From NCBI GenBank assembly GCA_013239625.1, contig MU054323.1, positions 12,941,950 to 13,005,949 on the forward strand: 64,000 nucleotides of DNA, in the 5' to 3' direction. Positions 25,866 through 38,700 of this stretch are shown one piece after another; positions within the stretch are counted from its first letter, which is position 1; every line of letters begins with the position of its first letter. A program made the position numbers and the translations under genes. The notes beneath the pieces were generated by a model that had not been told where the DNA came from, searched no databases, and saw only the letters and a list, made by a program, of their open reading frames with translations. The stretch comes from Lama guanicoe. Taxonomy: Eukaryota.

Positions 25866-27624
25866 ACTTTGCCCACGCGCCTTGCTAGGGTGCGGTGGAG
25901 TGACTGGTAGACTCGTGGAATGATGGATGTAAACCGTGCAGCCCAGCACCTGCGCCATCGGTGAGTTACTACTTTCATCGTGATACTTGCACAGGTGAAG
26001 GGTGGGAGGATGTATGCCTTAGTAGGCATGAATAGTGATTTCTCTAAGATGAGGGAATTTTGGGTGCCTTTGCTTTTTATCTGTATTCTCCTAAAGTAAA
26101 TATGTCTTGCTTTTGTCATGAGAAATAAGAAATTACCATTTAAAAAACTCCCTCTTAACTTGCTTGTATGACTTATTCTCAGCATGAAGGAGAGAAGGGT
26201 AGAAACCTTTCAGAGCCTGAGCTGAGCTCCTAATTAAGGAAGCACAGGGGACACTTGCTCAGACTCTGAAAAAGCAGCCCCTCTCAGGTCCATCCCGCCC
26301 TCCAAGGGGGCAGAGCAGGCCACTCACAGCAGAACCTAAGAAACTCCTTTGGGTCTGAATTTCAGCATCTTCCTCACCTGAGGGACCAGAACTTCTGGGG
26401 AGAGGAGCCCGTCCCTGTGTCTCCTTAGTTCCACTGCACCCAAAATGAACATTCTCGACAATAAACCTTACAGTGCATAGAGGAAGGGCATGGAAGAGTA
26501 TACAAGTATATAAGGGTGGAAAATTTTTCTCCCAAGTGTTTCCAACTACAGAAAACTCACATAATAAATGATGAGGGTTCCTGGACCTTGGCAGCAGCAG
26601 TAGCAAGGTCAGAGTGAGGAAGGAGAGGGAATTCCCAGTTCCCAGGGCCTGGCATCCCACATGGTCTTCCGGTCTTCCAGCTTGTTGTGTTGCCCATGGC
26701 TTCACATCTGCACCTACCCAGGGGCTCTTTAGATAAATAATCTAAGTAGGAAATCAAATGCATTACTTTTTTAAAAAGTCATTGACAAAGCCCCTGAAAT
26801 AGATTGCATTTCTCTCAGCCTTTCTGGACTAGGAGTGTTTGGCAACTTGAGAATGTCACTGGTCACATCATTCTTTTCTTTTATGTCCCTAAAGGGGTTT
26901 GCTGTTGCGGGTTTGTGATCAGCTGTCAAATACACACATGCCTTAGGCATTTTTAACCTGCTAGTAGCTTGTTGGACCAAACTAAAACCACCCCTGATCC
27001 TCTGCTGACTACATTTACCAAGATTAGGTCCTATAATTATCAGGTTGCTGCCTAAGCCAAAGGCTACTCCCAACCTTCCCGGCTGACCTGTCTTTAGCTT
27101 CACGACAGCTGTGAGCCTCCTCACCCTCTTGGGTGGAGGATACCAGTTGGGGTACAGCTGATGGGAGGATTGTGGACACCTGCATCCTTTCATGTGCCTC
27201 AAACCTTCCTCCCCTGAAGCAGGGAAAGGCCTGGTCTTGGCATGGAAATGATACTCAAAGATATATCAAAAATGCTCAACAGAATGGAAATTATGGACTA
27301 ATGCTTCTGGGATCACAGCTGCTTACACAGGTCTATTCCAACTGTGTCTAGTCCCCCAGAGGATGAGGCTCCCAGAACATCTCAAAAATCAAAAGCCCCA
27401 GGGAAGTCCTGGGCCTTAAGTGCATCTCCAGAGGAATGTCCTGGACCAATCCCTTGTCAAAGCACGGGAGACACAAGTGCTGTGTTGGAGATGAACTAGT
27501 GACTATGATGTCCATCTTATGAACAAGGTGGGACTCATCTCCTGAGAGATGGTCAGGGGTCCCTGGGCACATTCACTCAGAAAGTCCTAGGAGAGTAGAG
27601 GGAAAGGTCACCATGTTATTTTAA

Positions 27625-27930
27625 ATGCAAACTTGATACTTGGATGTATTAATGGCCTGGCAGACAGGAGTTGAAAAATAACTCTCCACCTGGCTTGCCA
27701 TTGCTCAAGGCCTCATCCACACATCATTTTGGGGTTTGGGCTCTACATTTGAGGAAGATTAAAGTATCCAAAGAGATTCCAAAAAGGTGAAAAACCAAAC
27801 CAAAACAAAAAAACCCAACATGGAAACGAAGAAAGGATGGAACTAGGTCTTATGCAGAATGTTTAAATGGGTTGGGAAGAAAGTCACAGGATAATGGAAT
27901 CGCTGTGTTTAAGTGAAAGAAGGTTGATTG
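27625..27930 (+). mobile_element. CR1/L3 LINE ORF2 remnant
   Basis: cttggatgtattaat...tttgggctctacatttgaggaaga...ggtcttatgcagaatgtttaaa...atcgctgtgtttaagt follows the L3 3' ORF2 layout. Confidence 0.55.
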
Positions 27931-29721
27931 TATAAACAGTGCCTATCTGTTTTCTATCGTCAGCTAGTTAAATGATTTTATTGCCTGTCTCTCATGAGGT
28001 TCTATCTTGGTCAGGGTAGGCGCTGAATAAGAACATCTTCTAGGGGAAGACCCTGAGAGTTTTGTGGACAGAAACTGAAGGACAGAGTCACCCTCCATGA
28101 TCCATGCAAACAAGGGCCTGTCAGGTTTCAATGGTACTTCCTGAGTCTATTTGGTGACCTCAGGTGATAGAGAATCAGGGTTTCATTCTAGAGAGGAAGC
28201 TTGAAAGGCATGGTGGCTAAGAGACAAATAAAGAAATACGTAATTTTAAGGTTAATTAAGTAATGAATAAAGGCTATGAGAGAAGAAGTGGGTTTCTTTC
28301 CTTGGGGAGTCTTAGGTGTGGTAGCCACCTTTGTTACTTTAAGAATCCTGCCTGGAGACAGAGCACTTTTCAGATAGCCTCTCAAAGGTCCGCCTGTTTT
28401 TATGAGTCTATGATGTATTTGAACTCTGAAGACAGAAATCCCACTCTGGCTAGTATGGACAAAGGCATAGGTGTTGGACTCACAGAACCAGTCTCCCGTG
28501 TGGCCCATTTGAGGTTGGTCTGGGGACCTCGGGAACCAGGGAAAGTTGTGCCACCAACACTCCATTTCGCCTCTTCATTTCTCACAGCAGAAAACATGGT
28601 CACTGAGAGGCTGTTTGTGTCTGACTCTTCACTCCTAAAGAGGAGCTGCTTCTCTTTCTCTGGGCTCAGGCCAAAACATTTCAGAGAAGGGCAAGGTCAA
28701 ATGTACACCTCGCAAGGCAGGCAGTCCAGCCTGCACTGGTTGGAGCGAAGGGAGGAGCAGATCCCAGGAAGAAGGACTGAGCAGACACACTGTAGACATC
28801 CAGCCTGGCACCAAGCAAGATGCCAAAGTCTAAGTATGCATGAGAAAATGTCAGGGTAGGGCTGGGGAGGAGCGGGGAAATGGTCACTCTGTAGCATAAG
28901 CATGCTAACTGGAAGGACATTCAGTTCTGCTTTTGAACAAAGATGCCCCAGGCCATATACATGTCTTGCCAATTTCCTTTCAACCTTAACTAATAACTTT
29001 TCCTCCTTAAATTCTGTCTGAGCTAGTTGGCAGCGTGTAAAAACATTTTCTGTTTATTTGTGCTTGGTATAGCTGGACAGAGTCCCATGAAGTTTTTTGC
29101 CCTCCTCATTTCGTCTATAAATTTCTACCCAACATGAACCCTTTCTTAACAGACTGCCTGGGAAATAGGAGAGGTAGTAATATTTGTCAGTAGTAGCTCC
29201 ATCTTTTTACCGGGTAGAATATATCTTCTAGCAATCAACTCTAGCTGTGGGTGTGATGGAAGCGTGCTTGCCATTGACACTGGACACAGCGACAGGGTCT
29301 TAACTTTCCCAGGGTGGATTACCATCCTGACAGTGGTGACTACAGGGATGTGCAGTGGAGATGACAGGACCTTGGAGCCAGAAAGACTAGACTTGAATCC
29401 AGGTTGTGAAATACGGACAACAGCAACTAAGGACTGACTGGTAAGACCTGTAATGGGGATGCTGTGGACTATCCAGATCACCCTTCCTGATGCAGGTGTT
29501 CATCCCCCTGATTGCTGAGGGTATTGGCTGCTGATCGCTCATTGCCGAGTCCCTTCTCCAGGGTTGACATGGCCGAGGGACCACAGTTCTATCTCTCCCA
29601 GAGTGGCCTGGGGCAATTCAGGGCCTCAAAGGCCCAGCACTCTAACCTCAGTTCAAGGCAATTTTGAATACTGTTTATTAAGTCAGAATAACTTCAGAAT
29701 AACTCAAGTCCTTTACTGATC

Positions 29722-30560
29722 CTATGAGGAACAAGACTTCTGGTCGCAAGTTACAGAAAACCCCATTAAGATTGCTTAAGGAAAGGAAAGGTATACTGTC
29801 TATCCATATAGTTCGTGAAACTGTGAAGTCCAGGGTAGACTTTCATGCACACTGGAGCCAGTGGCTCAGTGAGGTCATCAGGACCTAGTCTTTCTCCTCC
29901 TCCTTTCCCTCTGTTGACTCCATTCTCAGATAGTCTTTAACCACCTGGTAAGATGGTTAAAGGTGGTAAGATGGCTGCCATTACCTGCATTGTCCACACC
30001 AAGGTTTCCTCCCTGCAGCTCATGTCCAGTAGAAGAGAGAATGCCCCCTTTCTGGTGCTCAAATAAAACCACTATGTTGTATAGTGGTTAAGAGCATAGA
30101 CTCTCCCTGCTGAATGCCCACATTCAAATCCCAGCCCTGCCTCTTACCAGCTATATGACCGTGGGTGAATTACTTCTCCTATCTGTACCATAGCTCCCTT
30201 ATCTGTTCAGTCGTTGATGACAGCCTACTTTTCCCATAGGATTACACATACGAAATGTGTTAATACTTGTAGAGTGTTTAGAACAGTGCTAAGCATGTTG
30301 TAAACACTAGATAAGAGTTTGTTAAAATTTTAAAAACACATATTTGATTAACTTGACTTGGGTCACATTCCCACCTCTGAATTTATAACTGTGGGTCAGA
30401 AGAAAATGATGTTCAGATTGCCCACCCCTGGGAGTGAGGGTACAGTTAGCTCCACTGAAATATAGGGTCTGAGATGGGAGGGTCTCCAAAAGCATTCAGG
30501 CATCTGTTACCAGATGAACGGGAATAGGTGCTGGGCAGGAAAATCACAAATGTCTCCTCT
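29722..30560 (-). mobile_element. Old MaLR LTR (MLT1K/L-like) split by a MIR
   Basis: ttctggtcgcaagttacagaaaaccc...gcttaaggaaagg... (29722-30070), resuming acttgggtcacattcccacctctgaa...ggtgctgggcagg...aaatgtctcct (30340-30560). Confidence 0.75.
30075..30335 (+). mobile_element. MIR, near full length
   Basis: atagtggttaagagcatagactct...ttcaaatcccagccctgcctcttaccagctatatgaccgtggg...gtgtttagaacagtgctaagcatg...gtttgttaaa. Confidence 0.9.
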
Positions 30561-30794
30561 GTTTGTATTTCTTAAAATCATATACATGGGACACACAATT
30601 GTTTAGCAATAGTTTTAAAATCTTTTTAAAAATCAAGATACGTTTATGATGAAGTGATCTGCTAGACACCAGATGCTATCTAAGTGAAAAAAATTTAGCA
30701 TCACCTCAAAGGAAACAAATTGATATTTTATGCTTCCTGATTTGACACAGTGAGAAGATAGTCTCCTTTATCATCTTCTAAAAGTCTTTTAGGA

Positions 30795-31040
30795 CTACCT
30801 GGAATTGGGTTTTGTATGTGATGTAGGTCTCCAAATTTATTTCTCTTCCAATATGGATATCCAGTTTCCCCAGTACCATTATTGGAAAGTTCATCCTTTC
30901 CCCACTGTTCTGCTCTATCACTTCAGTTATACTTCAGCTGTCCATATAATTGCAAGTTTATTTCTGACTTTCTATTCTGTTCCATTGTTCTGGTTGTTTA
31001 TTTCTGTGCCAGTACCACATTGTTTTCATAACGATACAGG
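30795..31040 (-). mobile_element. Old L1 ORF2 fragment
   Basis: atggatatccagtttccccagtaccattattggaaa...tctattctgttccattg...gccagtaccacattgtttt. Confidence 0.8.
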
Positions 31041-31059
31041 GTAAATCAAGAAGGTTTAA

Positions 31060-31545
31060 CAGATACTGAAAAGAGAGTAGAAGATTCAAGAAGCCAAAAA
31101 AATCTTAAGTAAGATAAATAAATAGTAATAATAAATAATGTAAATAATAAGATGAATAAACAAATGAAGCAAGAGAAGGCAGTCATAACAATCAGTTCAC
31201 ACCACACATATCAACAGAACTAAAGAAAATGAAAAACAAATAGAAAGTCTTGGAAACTAGACAAAAATGATTACTTATCATGAGTGACACTTGACTTCAA
31301 TGGGAACAACAGAATCCAGAAAACAGTGAAATGACGACTATAATGTATTGAAAGAAAACAATTGCCATCCTAGAATTCTGTACCCAGTGAAAATATTTTT
31401 TAAGAATGATAGTGAAAATAAAGACATTTTTAGGTAAACAAAAACAGTAGCTTGCCACCAACAGATAAGGAAAATTATCCTAAATGGAGAATCTGAGATG
31501 TGAGCAGGAAAGAGCAAAAAGCTTGGTAAATGTGGCTGTAACAAC
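31060..31545 (+). mobile_element. Old L1 ORF1 remnant
   Basis: tgaaagaaaacaattgccatcctagaattctgtacccagtgaaaatattttttaagaatgatagtgaaaataaagacatttt (the PRILYP.K region of ORF1). Confidence 0.8.
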
Positions 31546-31574
31546 AATCATGGTCATTTGTGGTGTTTTTTTTT

Positions 31575-32475
31575 TCTTGGTTATCTATTGCTGTATAACT
31601 TTCATTATCTCTCATGATTCTGTGTGCTGATTGGACTCAGCTAGGCAGCTTCTGCTAGTTCCACTTGGAATGTCATGTGGTTTACATGAGATGTTGTTGA
31701 CAGCCAGAGTCATCTGGAGGTCCACCTGGCCCACCATCATATCTGAGCCTTTCTCACTCTCAGTTTGGTGTCAGGGCCTCTTCTTCCCTTGTGGTGTCTC
31801 CAGGAGGCTAGTCATGTTTGGTATATGGTATCTCAGGACTCCTAAAAGTCCAAGAGGGAACACTGCCAGGCCATCTTAATGTCGGTTCAGATGGTCACTT
31901 CTGATACCTTCTGTATTAGTCAGGGTTTTCCAGAGGAATAGAAACAATAGGGCATATGTATTTAAAGAAAAAGGTTTCTTAGAATGAATTGGCATATGTG
32001 ATTTTTGAGGCTGAGAAGTCCCAAGATCTGTAGTTGACAAGCTGGCAACCCAGGAGAGCCAATGATGTAGTTCTAGTCTGAGTCCAAAGGCCTGAGACCC
32101 AAGAGAGCTAGTCATGTATGTTCCAGTCCAAAAGTTGGCAGAATCAAGACCCAAGAAGAGCCAACATTTCAGTTTGAGTCCAAAGACAGCAAAAGGCCAG
32201 TGCTACAACTCAAAAACTTAGGTAGAAGGAATTCCCTTTTTTTGTTTGTCCTTTTGATTCCATTCAGGTTTTCTATTGATGGATGAAGCTCATTAGGGAG
32301 GACAATTTGCTTTACTCAGTCTAGCAATTCAAATGTTTGTCTCATTCAGAACTACCCTCACAGTCACACCTAGAATAATGTTTGACCAAATATCTGGGCC
32401 CTGTGTGGTCCAGTCAAGTTGTTTTTATAAAACTAACCACTGTACCTTCTATTGATTAAGTCAAAGCATGGGCCA
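31575..32475 (-). mobile_element. MLT1 (G/H-like) LTR interrupted by MLT2
   Basis: gttatctattgctgtataac...tatctctcatgattctgtgtgctgattggactcagctaggcag...gtcacttctgataccttc|tattgatt. Confidence 0.7.
31912..32444 (-). mobile_element. ERVL solo LTR MLT2B-like
   Basis: Starts tgtattagtcagggttttccagag and ends aactaaccactgta. Perfect 5-bp TSD CCTTC at 31907-31911 and 32445-32449. Confidence 0.92.
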
Positions 32476-32479
32476 GACA

Positions 32480-33580
32480 ATTAGACATAAGAGCAGTGTG
32501 GAAACAGAAAACTTGAACTACACTGTAAACTTATTAGATTTCACGTATGTCTATAGAACACCCTACCTAACAGCATTAGGGTACATTTTTCTCAAGTTCA
32601 CATGGAATATCCTCCAGAATACAGCACATCCTAGGCCATAAAGCAGTAAGTCTAAAAGGGGTAAAATTATACAACAACAATAGAATGAATTCAGAAATTA
32701 GTAACAGGAAGAAACTTGGGAAATTCACAAGTGCACAGAAATTAAACAACACACTCCTAAGTAACCATAGGGAAATTAGAAAATACTTTGAGATAAATGA
32801 AGATGAAAACATAGCACAATAAAAGTTATGGGATGCAGCTAAAGTAGGGCCAAGAGGGAAAATTATAGTTGTTTATGGTCTATAAAAAAAAAAGAAATCT
32901 CAAATAATTAACTTAACTTTCCACCTTAACACTGGAGGGAGAACAGCAAACTAAACCTAAAGCAAGCAGAAAGAAGATAAAGACTAGAGTGGGAATTAAT
33001 GAAATATAGATAACAATAGAGAAAAATCAGCAAAATGACACATTGGTTCTTCGAGGAGATCAACAAAATGGACAGACTTTCAGCTAGACTGACCAAGAAA
33101 AAAAGAGAAAAGCAAATAATATCAGGAATTAGGGGGGTTGAGGTATAGCTCAAGTGGTAGAATGCATGCTTAGCATGCATGAGGTCCTGGGTTCAATCCC
33201 CAGTACCTCCTCTAAAAATAAAAACAAATAAATCTGATTACCTCCCCCTGCCTAAAAAATGATTTAAAAAATAAAAAATAAATAAAAGGAATGAGAGAGG
33301 GATTATTACTTTCCACCTTACATAAATAAAAGGAATTATAAAGAAATACTTTAAACAACTGTATACTAATAATTAGGTTACTTAGATGAAATGAATAAAT
33401 TCCTAGAAAGTAATTTTTCAAACTCATTCAAATAGAAGTAGAAAATCTAAAGACCTATAACGAGATTGAATAATAGTAATAATTCCACAAATGAAAGCTC
33501 AGGCTTAGATGGCTTCATTGGTGAAGTCTACCAATCATTTAAAGAAGAATTTGTACAAATTCTTCACAAATTATTCCAAA
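32480..33580 (+). mobile_element. Old L1 ORF2 (endonuclease-proximal) fragment, interrupted by a SINE
   Basis: ttctcaagttcacatggaatatcctccagaata, aaattaaacaacacactcct, tatgggatgcagctaaag, tggttcttcgaggagatcaacaaaat, gatggcttcattggtgaagtctacc. Confidence 0.9.
33133..33286 (+). mobile_element. tRNA-Ala-derived SINE, Vic-1 (camelid) type
   Basis: A box tagctcaagtgg, B box ggttcaatcc, attacctccccc tail motif and A-rich tail. TSD aggaattag (33124-33132) and aggaatgag (33287-33295). Confidence 0.93.
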
Positions 33581-36047
33581 GCAGAGTCCAGTCCTATGGG
33601 ACTACAAAAAAGTGAGAATTGCTGGTGTTCATTGGGGATCATCTTTGGAGACCAGCTACCAAAGTCCACCTTATACAAAATCTGTGTATAGACCAGAAGA
33701 GCAGACAATTTTCAGCACATAACTGGCTGCTTCCTGAAACTCCTTTGGCTGGAGCTTTTCAGCATTCAGGCTTCGAATCTTAGTAAGTGTAAAACATTTC
33801 TTGAACTTACACACTAAATTTATACCAATCATTTACATCTTCATGCAAACCAATCAATTGAGAGATGTGATCTTCAATAATGTGATACAAGAACCATTTC
33901 AAAGGGACTCAATGTGGGAAGAAAATCACTCTAGTGAAGGAAGGATGGACAGGTTGGATGGCCAAGATCAGAACCAGCAACTTAACCTCACTCACTTTTT
34001 AAGTTTCCACAGTACCAGACCTGCTTAAGTCCTTCACAGATAATAATAGCCAAGAGTCTCTCCTCCAGGGGATCTTAACTAGGAATCTCAGTTGAAAGCC
34101 ATGAATCTATAATAGCACAATTTTGGACACATACCAGGAGGAAGGGAATGGGTTTGGGAGCATCAGAGCCTTCTCAGAGCCCCTAAAATCACAGATCACT
34201 TCTGCAGTGTAGTCTGCTGACAGCCTCCTAATAGATGTCCAAGCTACACTTACTACAAAGATTCCAAACTTTTCCCTAAAGATCATACTTCTCCTAGAGA
34301 TTGGAGGATATACGAATCTTTGAAAACTGATTTATGAATATTGACTTCATAGTTATTTTGACCTCAGTAACAGAGGGGCCGGAGGGTTCGATGTGATTGG
34401 CCAGCCTGAGGATAGTTTTTCTCTTTGATTTCAGAAGGCCAATAATTCCCTAAGCGCACTGGGAAAGGAAACCATAAATAGGAGATGCTGCTTTCCTCTC
34501 ATGTGGTGGCCTCCTGTCTGAGCCTCACAGTTCAAGTCTTTCCTGTACCTAGCACGGCCTTTGGCATGAAATGCTTCAGTGCATCAATTAATGCTGTAAA
34601 GTGGCTTGCATAGCTCTGTTTTTCTGCACATATTCGGTGAGCCAATTCTATTAGCCTAGGCTGTTGATGGTTTAAGGAAAACTGAAGGAGTTCCTTTTTG
34701 GCAGTTTCCTCATTTGTAATGGTGGTTACCGCACCCAAGGCTTCTGACTTAATTGGAAACAGTGGAATGTAATTTAGTCGTGGGTGTTTCTCCAGCTGTT
34801 AATTTAGCTGATATGAATTCCGTTAAAGTTTTAATGGAAACAATTCCTCGCTAATTAAGCAGAACCTCTATTTGCTGGTAGCTGGGTACAGGTAGCATGT
34901 GCACCAAGGTTCACTCCTCCATGTGTTTTAAAAACTCTACAAAGGTGCCCAGCCCCAGCTCTAAATATATTTGGTATCTAGAAACAGATCTTTGAAACTG
35001 CTGGTGTTTGTAATCAAAACCAGAATCTATTCAGTGACCAAACACTAAAGCTGCTTGAATTTTGTTTTTCTAGCTGAATTTCCAGTGAGAAAATATTGAA
35101 GGCGTCTTGTTTATTGGCTCTTCCCTGGAGATCTGATGCTAAGATAAGACTAAGGCTTTACAACAGTATTTAAAAAGAGAAGTTAGCATCTTAAGAATTG
35201 TCCCTTTTTTAAAAAAATAAAAAGAGTACTTCCCACTTGATTATTTTATTAAGACTTAAATGATTTTGAAAATCTGATATTTTTGTCTGCTAGCTCTTGC
35301 GGATGGATTGTGGTTTTCTGAGTTTTCCACAGGAGTCTCCCCGCTGATCAGGCAGCCCCATGCTCTAAAATACTTACAAGACATGGACAGTTATCCATCT
35401 CTGCCATTTCTCAAGGTTAGGAACCAGCCTCAGCCCAGTTCTGAGGGGAGAGACCCGAAGCCCGACTATTTCTGCTTTAAGCAAATCTAGAAGCTTCCTT
35501 TCCCCTATATAGGTAACTCTAAGCCACTGAGCCCCAACACAAAAGTCTCTCCTTCAAGGTCATGGTAAAATATTACTAATTGTAAATTGCAAAGGCAAAT
35601 GTGGCCAAAATTAGAGAACTCCACAATTGCGTTCCCTGCATCATCATCATCCCTGCTCCCCATCACAGCTGGATCTGGTAGGTGTTCCTTCTTCATCCGT
35701 AAGAACACTTTCATTGCCTTAGTTTTCAGTGGCAGCTCAGATGTTGGCAGAGCTTTATTCACTCTGGGAAAAGGAGTCTTCAGGTAGGACGTTCACTTCT
35801 GAGGGAATGTGCGTGACCACACAGCAACAAGGAGATTCCACCAGCCACGCAGGGACATCAGCCTCATGACTTCAGAGTAATGTCACATGGATCCCTGTGA
35901 TAGAAACTTCTTAATTCCTGCTTTCATGGGGCCAGGAGTCTTAAACCACATGTTCGTCTCATCTCAAACTTCAGTGGTTAACTTATACAGTATGGAAACT
36001 AAGGATTAACTAACACATCACTCTACCAAGGAAAAAATAATTTGTTC

Positions 36048-36730
36048 TCATTCACTCATTATTCAACAACCATTTACTGAATGTCTATTCAGGGACCAGA
36101 TAGTCTAGATTTTCCAAGATAGCCCCATTTAAAGAAATTTTGATATTTTTCCAAAGAGGCAATTTGTCAACCATATCTTAAATATGGTCATAATACTGGA
36201 GGTTCTCATACAGATTAGGAAGACAAAGGGAGGGTCGAATTATGTGTTCCTTGTTTGAGGTCTGACTGATCACCTCATCTTTGTTAGAAGCAAAGATGAA
36301 TAAGACATGACTCCTGCTTTGAATCATTCACACGTAGCAGGGGACAGGAGGCGTGCAGGCCAATAACTCTAATAGAAAGTGGAAAGGGACAGGTGTGAGA
36401 AGGAACTGACTGGACAGTTCAGAGATTATGTTGTGCTAGAAAGTCCACCCAGAGCAAGTATTCTAGCCAGTGTTTAGCCAGTGCGAAGGATACTGTGGCT
36501 TTGGATTAGCAGAGGTGTGCTGTAGCGTGTTGAAGTCTGGCAAAATGTGTGAGCAGAAATCTGCAAAGAAGGGCAGTGGGGTTCAGGGCATTGGAGGGGA
36601 AAACAGAGATGAAGAGGGAATGATAAATCAACCCATCAATCTCAGGCCAAGGAGACTGGACATCATTTAGTAGGCATTGAGGCTGGGGTGAATCTGAATA
36701 TTAGGGTGATGGGCATGATCAGAAAGCTGG
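36048..36730 (-). mobile_element. L2 fragment with a small hAT-Blackjack-like insert (~36090-36195)
   Basis: cattcactcattattcaacaaccatttactgaatgtcta; aagatgaataagacatgactcctgc; ggccaaggagactggacatcatt...gcatgatcaga. Confidence 0.65.
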
Positions 36731-36974
36731 TAAGGCGTCATGAGTAGAATGGGGGTGGGCAGGGGAGGCATGGGAGGACCAAGAGGGACGCAGGGAAGGT
36801 GGGTGGCACCTCCCACGGTGCACAGGGAATGTCGGCCCCCATGCAGGAGATGGAGGATGGTCTATGGAAATCTGGCCACATGCTGGGGCAGGTGGTGCAC
36901 GCTGACATCTGACAATGTGTGTGGCCTCCGTCTGGCAAAAATGCTCTGACCAGGAAGAAAGGCCTCTGGGTGAG

Positions 36975-37139
36975 CAGCACTTCTCAAAATTTAATGTGTA
37001 CGCAGACCACTTGGGGATCTTGTAAAAATGTGGATTCTGAATGTGTAGGTCTGGGTGGGCCCTGAGATCCTGCATGTCTAACAAGGGCCCATGTGAGGCC
37101 TATGTTTTTAGTCCAGGGACCACTCTTTGAGTAGCAAGG
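36975..37139. mobile_element. MER5A1/MER5B-like (hAT-Charlie)
   Basis: cacttctcaaaatttaatgtg...ggggatcttgtaaaaatgtggattctga...gggaccactctttgagtagcaagg. Confidence 0.85.
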
Positions 37140-38444
37140 AGCTAGAAAGTCATATTTGCAAGCTTTAAGGCAGTGACTTGAAAACGGCTGAAAATCTGTG
37201 AGAAAGGGACCTGGTTGTTTCTTAGGGTGTTCATTTCTTTAAATCTCATTCTAAATGTGACAAGAAGCTGGCACGTGATTAAACAGTATTTGGTTTTTGG
37301 TTCTAGCCTGACCGTGCGAAGTGTGGCCCTCTTCCCAGGAGGGAGGTGTGAACAGGATTTGTGGGTGGCGAGGTCACAAAGGAGACTCCGCTTGGTTGTG
37401 AGTGACCCTTTGAGACAATGCCTGTGGCGCCTTGGGTTCAGGGAGTGGCTCCCTCCATTGTTCCAGAAGCCTCCCTTCTGTGTTTGAGGAGGAAAAGAGT
37501 AGGAGGAAGGAAGAGCACTGTCCAGAGGCATCAGATCCTTGAGCGCATCCTAACCCAGGGTTCTGGAGTCAGTGTGCAGCCTGGGAGAGGCCAGGGTTAG
37601 CCCTGGGTGTGCATGTGCCCATTAATGAATGTCCAGTGATCCACTTGTAAATATAGGGTAATTGTTTGTCCCCCTTCATTAGCTTAGGCCACAGAGAAGG
37701 TCCTATTTCTCTTAATAATCAAATTAGTGGTATTCTGAACCACCATTCACTAACATGAGCCATCCAGGGACAATCTTCTTTCCTCTCCTGGGACAGCCTT
37801 CTAGTCTCAGCTCTGAAGTCAGAGCTCCAGCCAGACATAGTGGGTCTGCAGAAGGACTGGGCACTGCTCTGGGCAGTGGGGTCTGTGGTCCCTGTGCACA
37901 GCTGACTGGCCAAAGCATCATCCAGGAGGCAGCGGGCTAGTGGATCAGCCTTGCCTTCACATGGGGTTTTCGCAGAAGCCCGCGGCTCTGCATGGTGTGC
38001 CTGTGAGCCCCTGCTGGAGACCAGCAGCTTCTCAGGAGGAGTAGCGGTGGAGAGGGGACCGTAGATGGTTCCCCTCCAGGCCTCGGCCCAATGGTGCTGC
38101 AGCCATTTGGTTTTTACTCTCTGGGGTCCTTAATGTCCAAGCCCAGCTTCACTGCTCAAAGGCCCCACCATCGGGGTCCCCATCACAGTTCACGCCTAGA
38201 CAGTGGAGGTCCTGGGATAGAACTAGGGTCACCTAGCCAGTCTTCCCCTCTCTCAAAGTCAGTTCTGGTTGGGGAGGGGTTCCTTGGGGTCATTTTTCAC
38301 CCACAGATCAGGACTTGGGCCCAAGTAAGCATCAGTTACTCTAATAATTAGAGGTGCACACGTGGAACTTCTGTCATAGAACAAAGGTTCAAACACTGAA
38401 TTTACCAAATAGTGGCATGGCCTGCTCATAGGCGCATGCATTTT

Positions 38445-38700
38445 GGGGCCAGCCTGAGTGGGACTTACACTCCAAATCCTTGTCTTCCTCGTTGTCAGAC
38501 CTTGGGCAGGTCACATAATCATCGTGAGCCTGGGTTCCACTGGCCATAAAGCAGAGATGGTGAGGACCACCCCCATCTTCCGTCCCTCCAACCCGCTCGT
38601 CCCTCGGGTGTGTGGGGAGACGCGAGTGATGGGATGTCCCGGGAGCTCTTTCACACTGTGTGGTATGCGGGAAGCACTTAGTAAATATTAGCTATTACCA
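38445..38700 (+). mobile_element. MIR
   Basis: gaccttgggcaggtcacataatcatcgtgagcctgggttcc...aagcacttagtaaatattagctatta. Confidence 0.75.

Noticed and set aside
28263..28859. Longest ORF in the track (198 aa)
   Set aside because: No recognisable domain, Ser/Arg/Leu-rich composition typical of chance ORFs, overlapping ORFs on the other strand, and no convincing splice signals.
33139..33211. Bona fide tRNA-Ala gene
   Set aside because: It has a SINE tail, an A-rich end and a TSD, has two related copies in the window, and has D-stem mismatches. Treated as a SINE.
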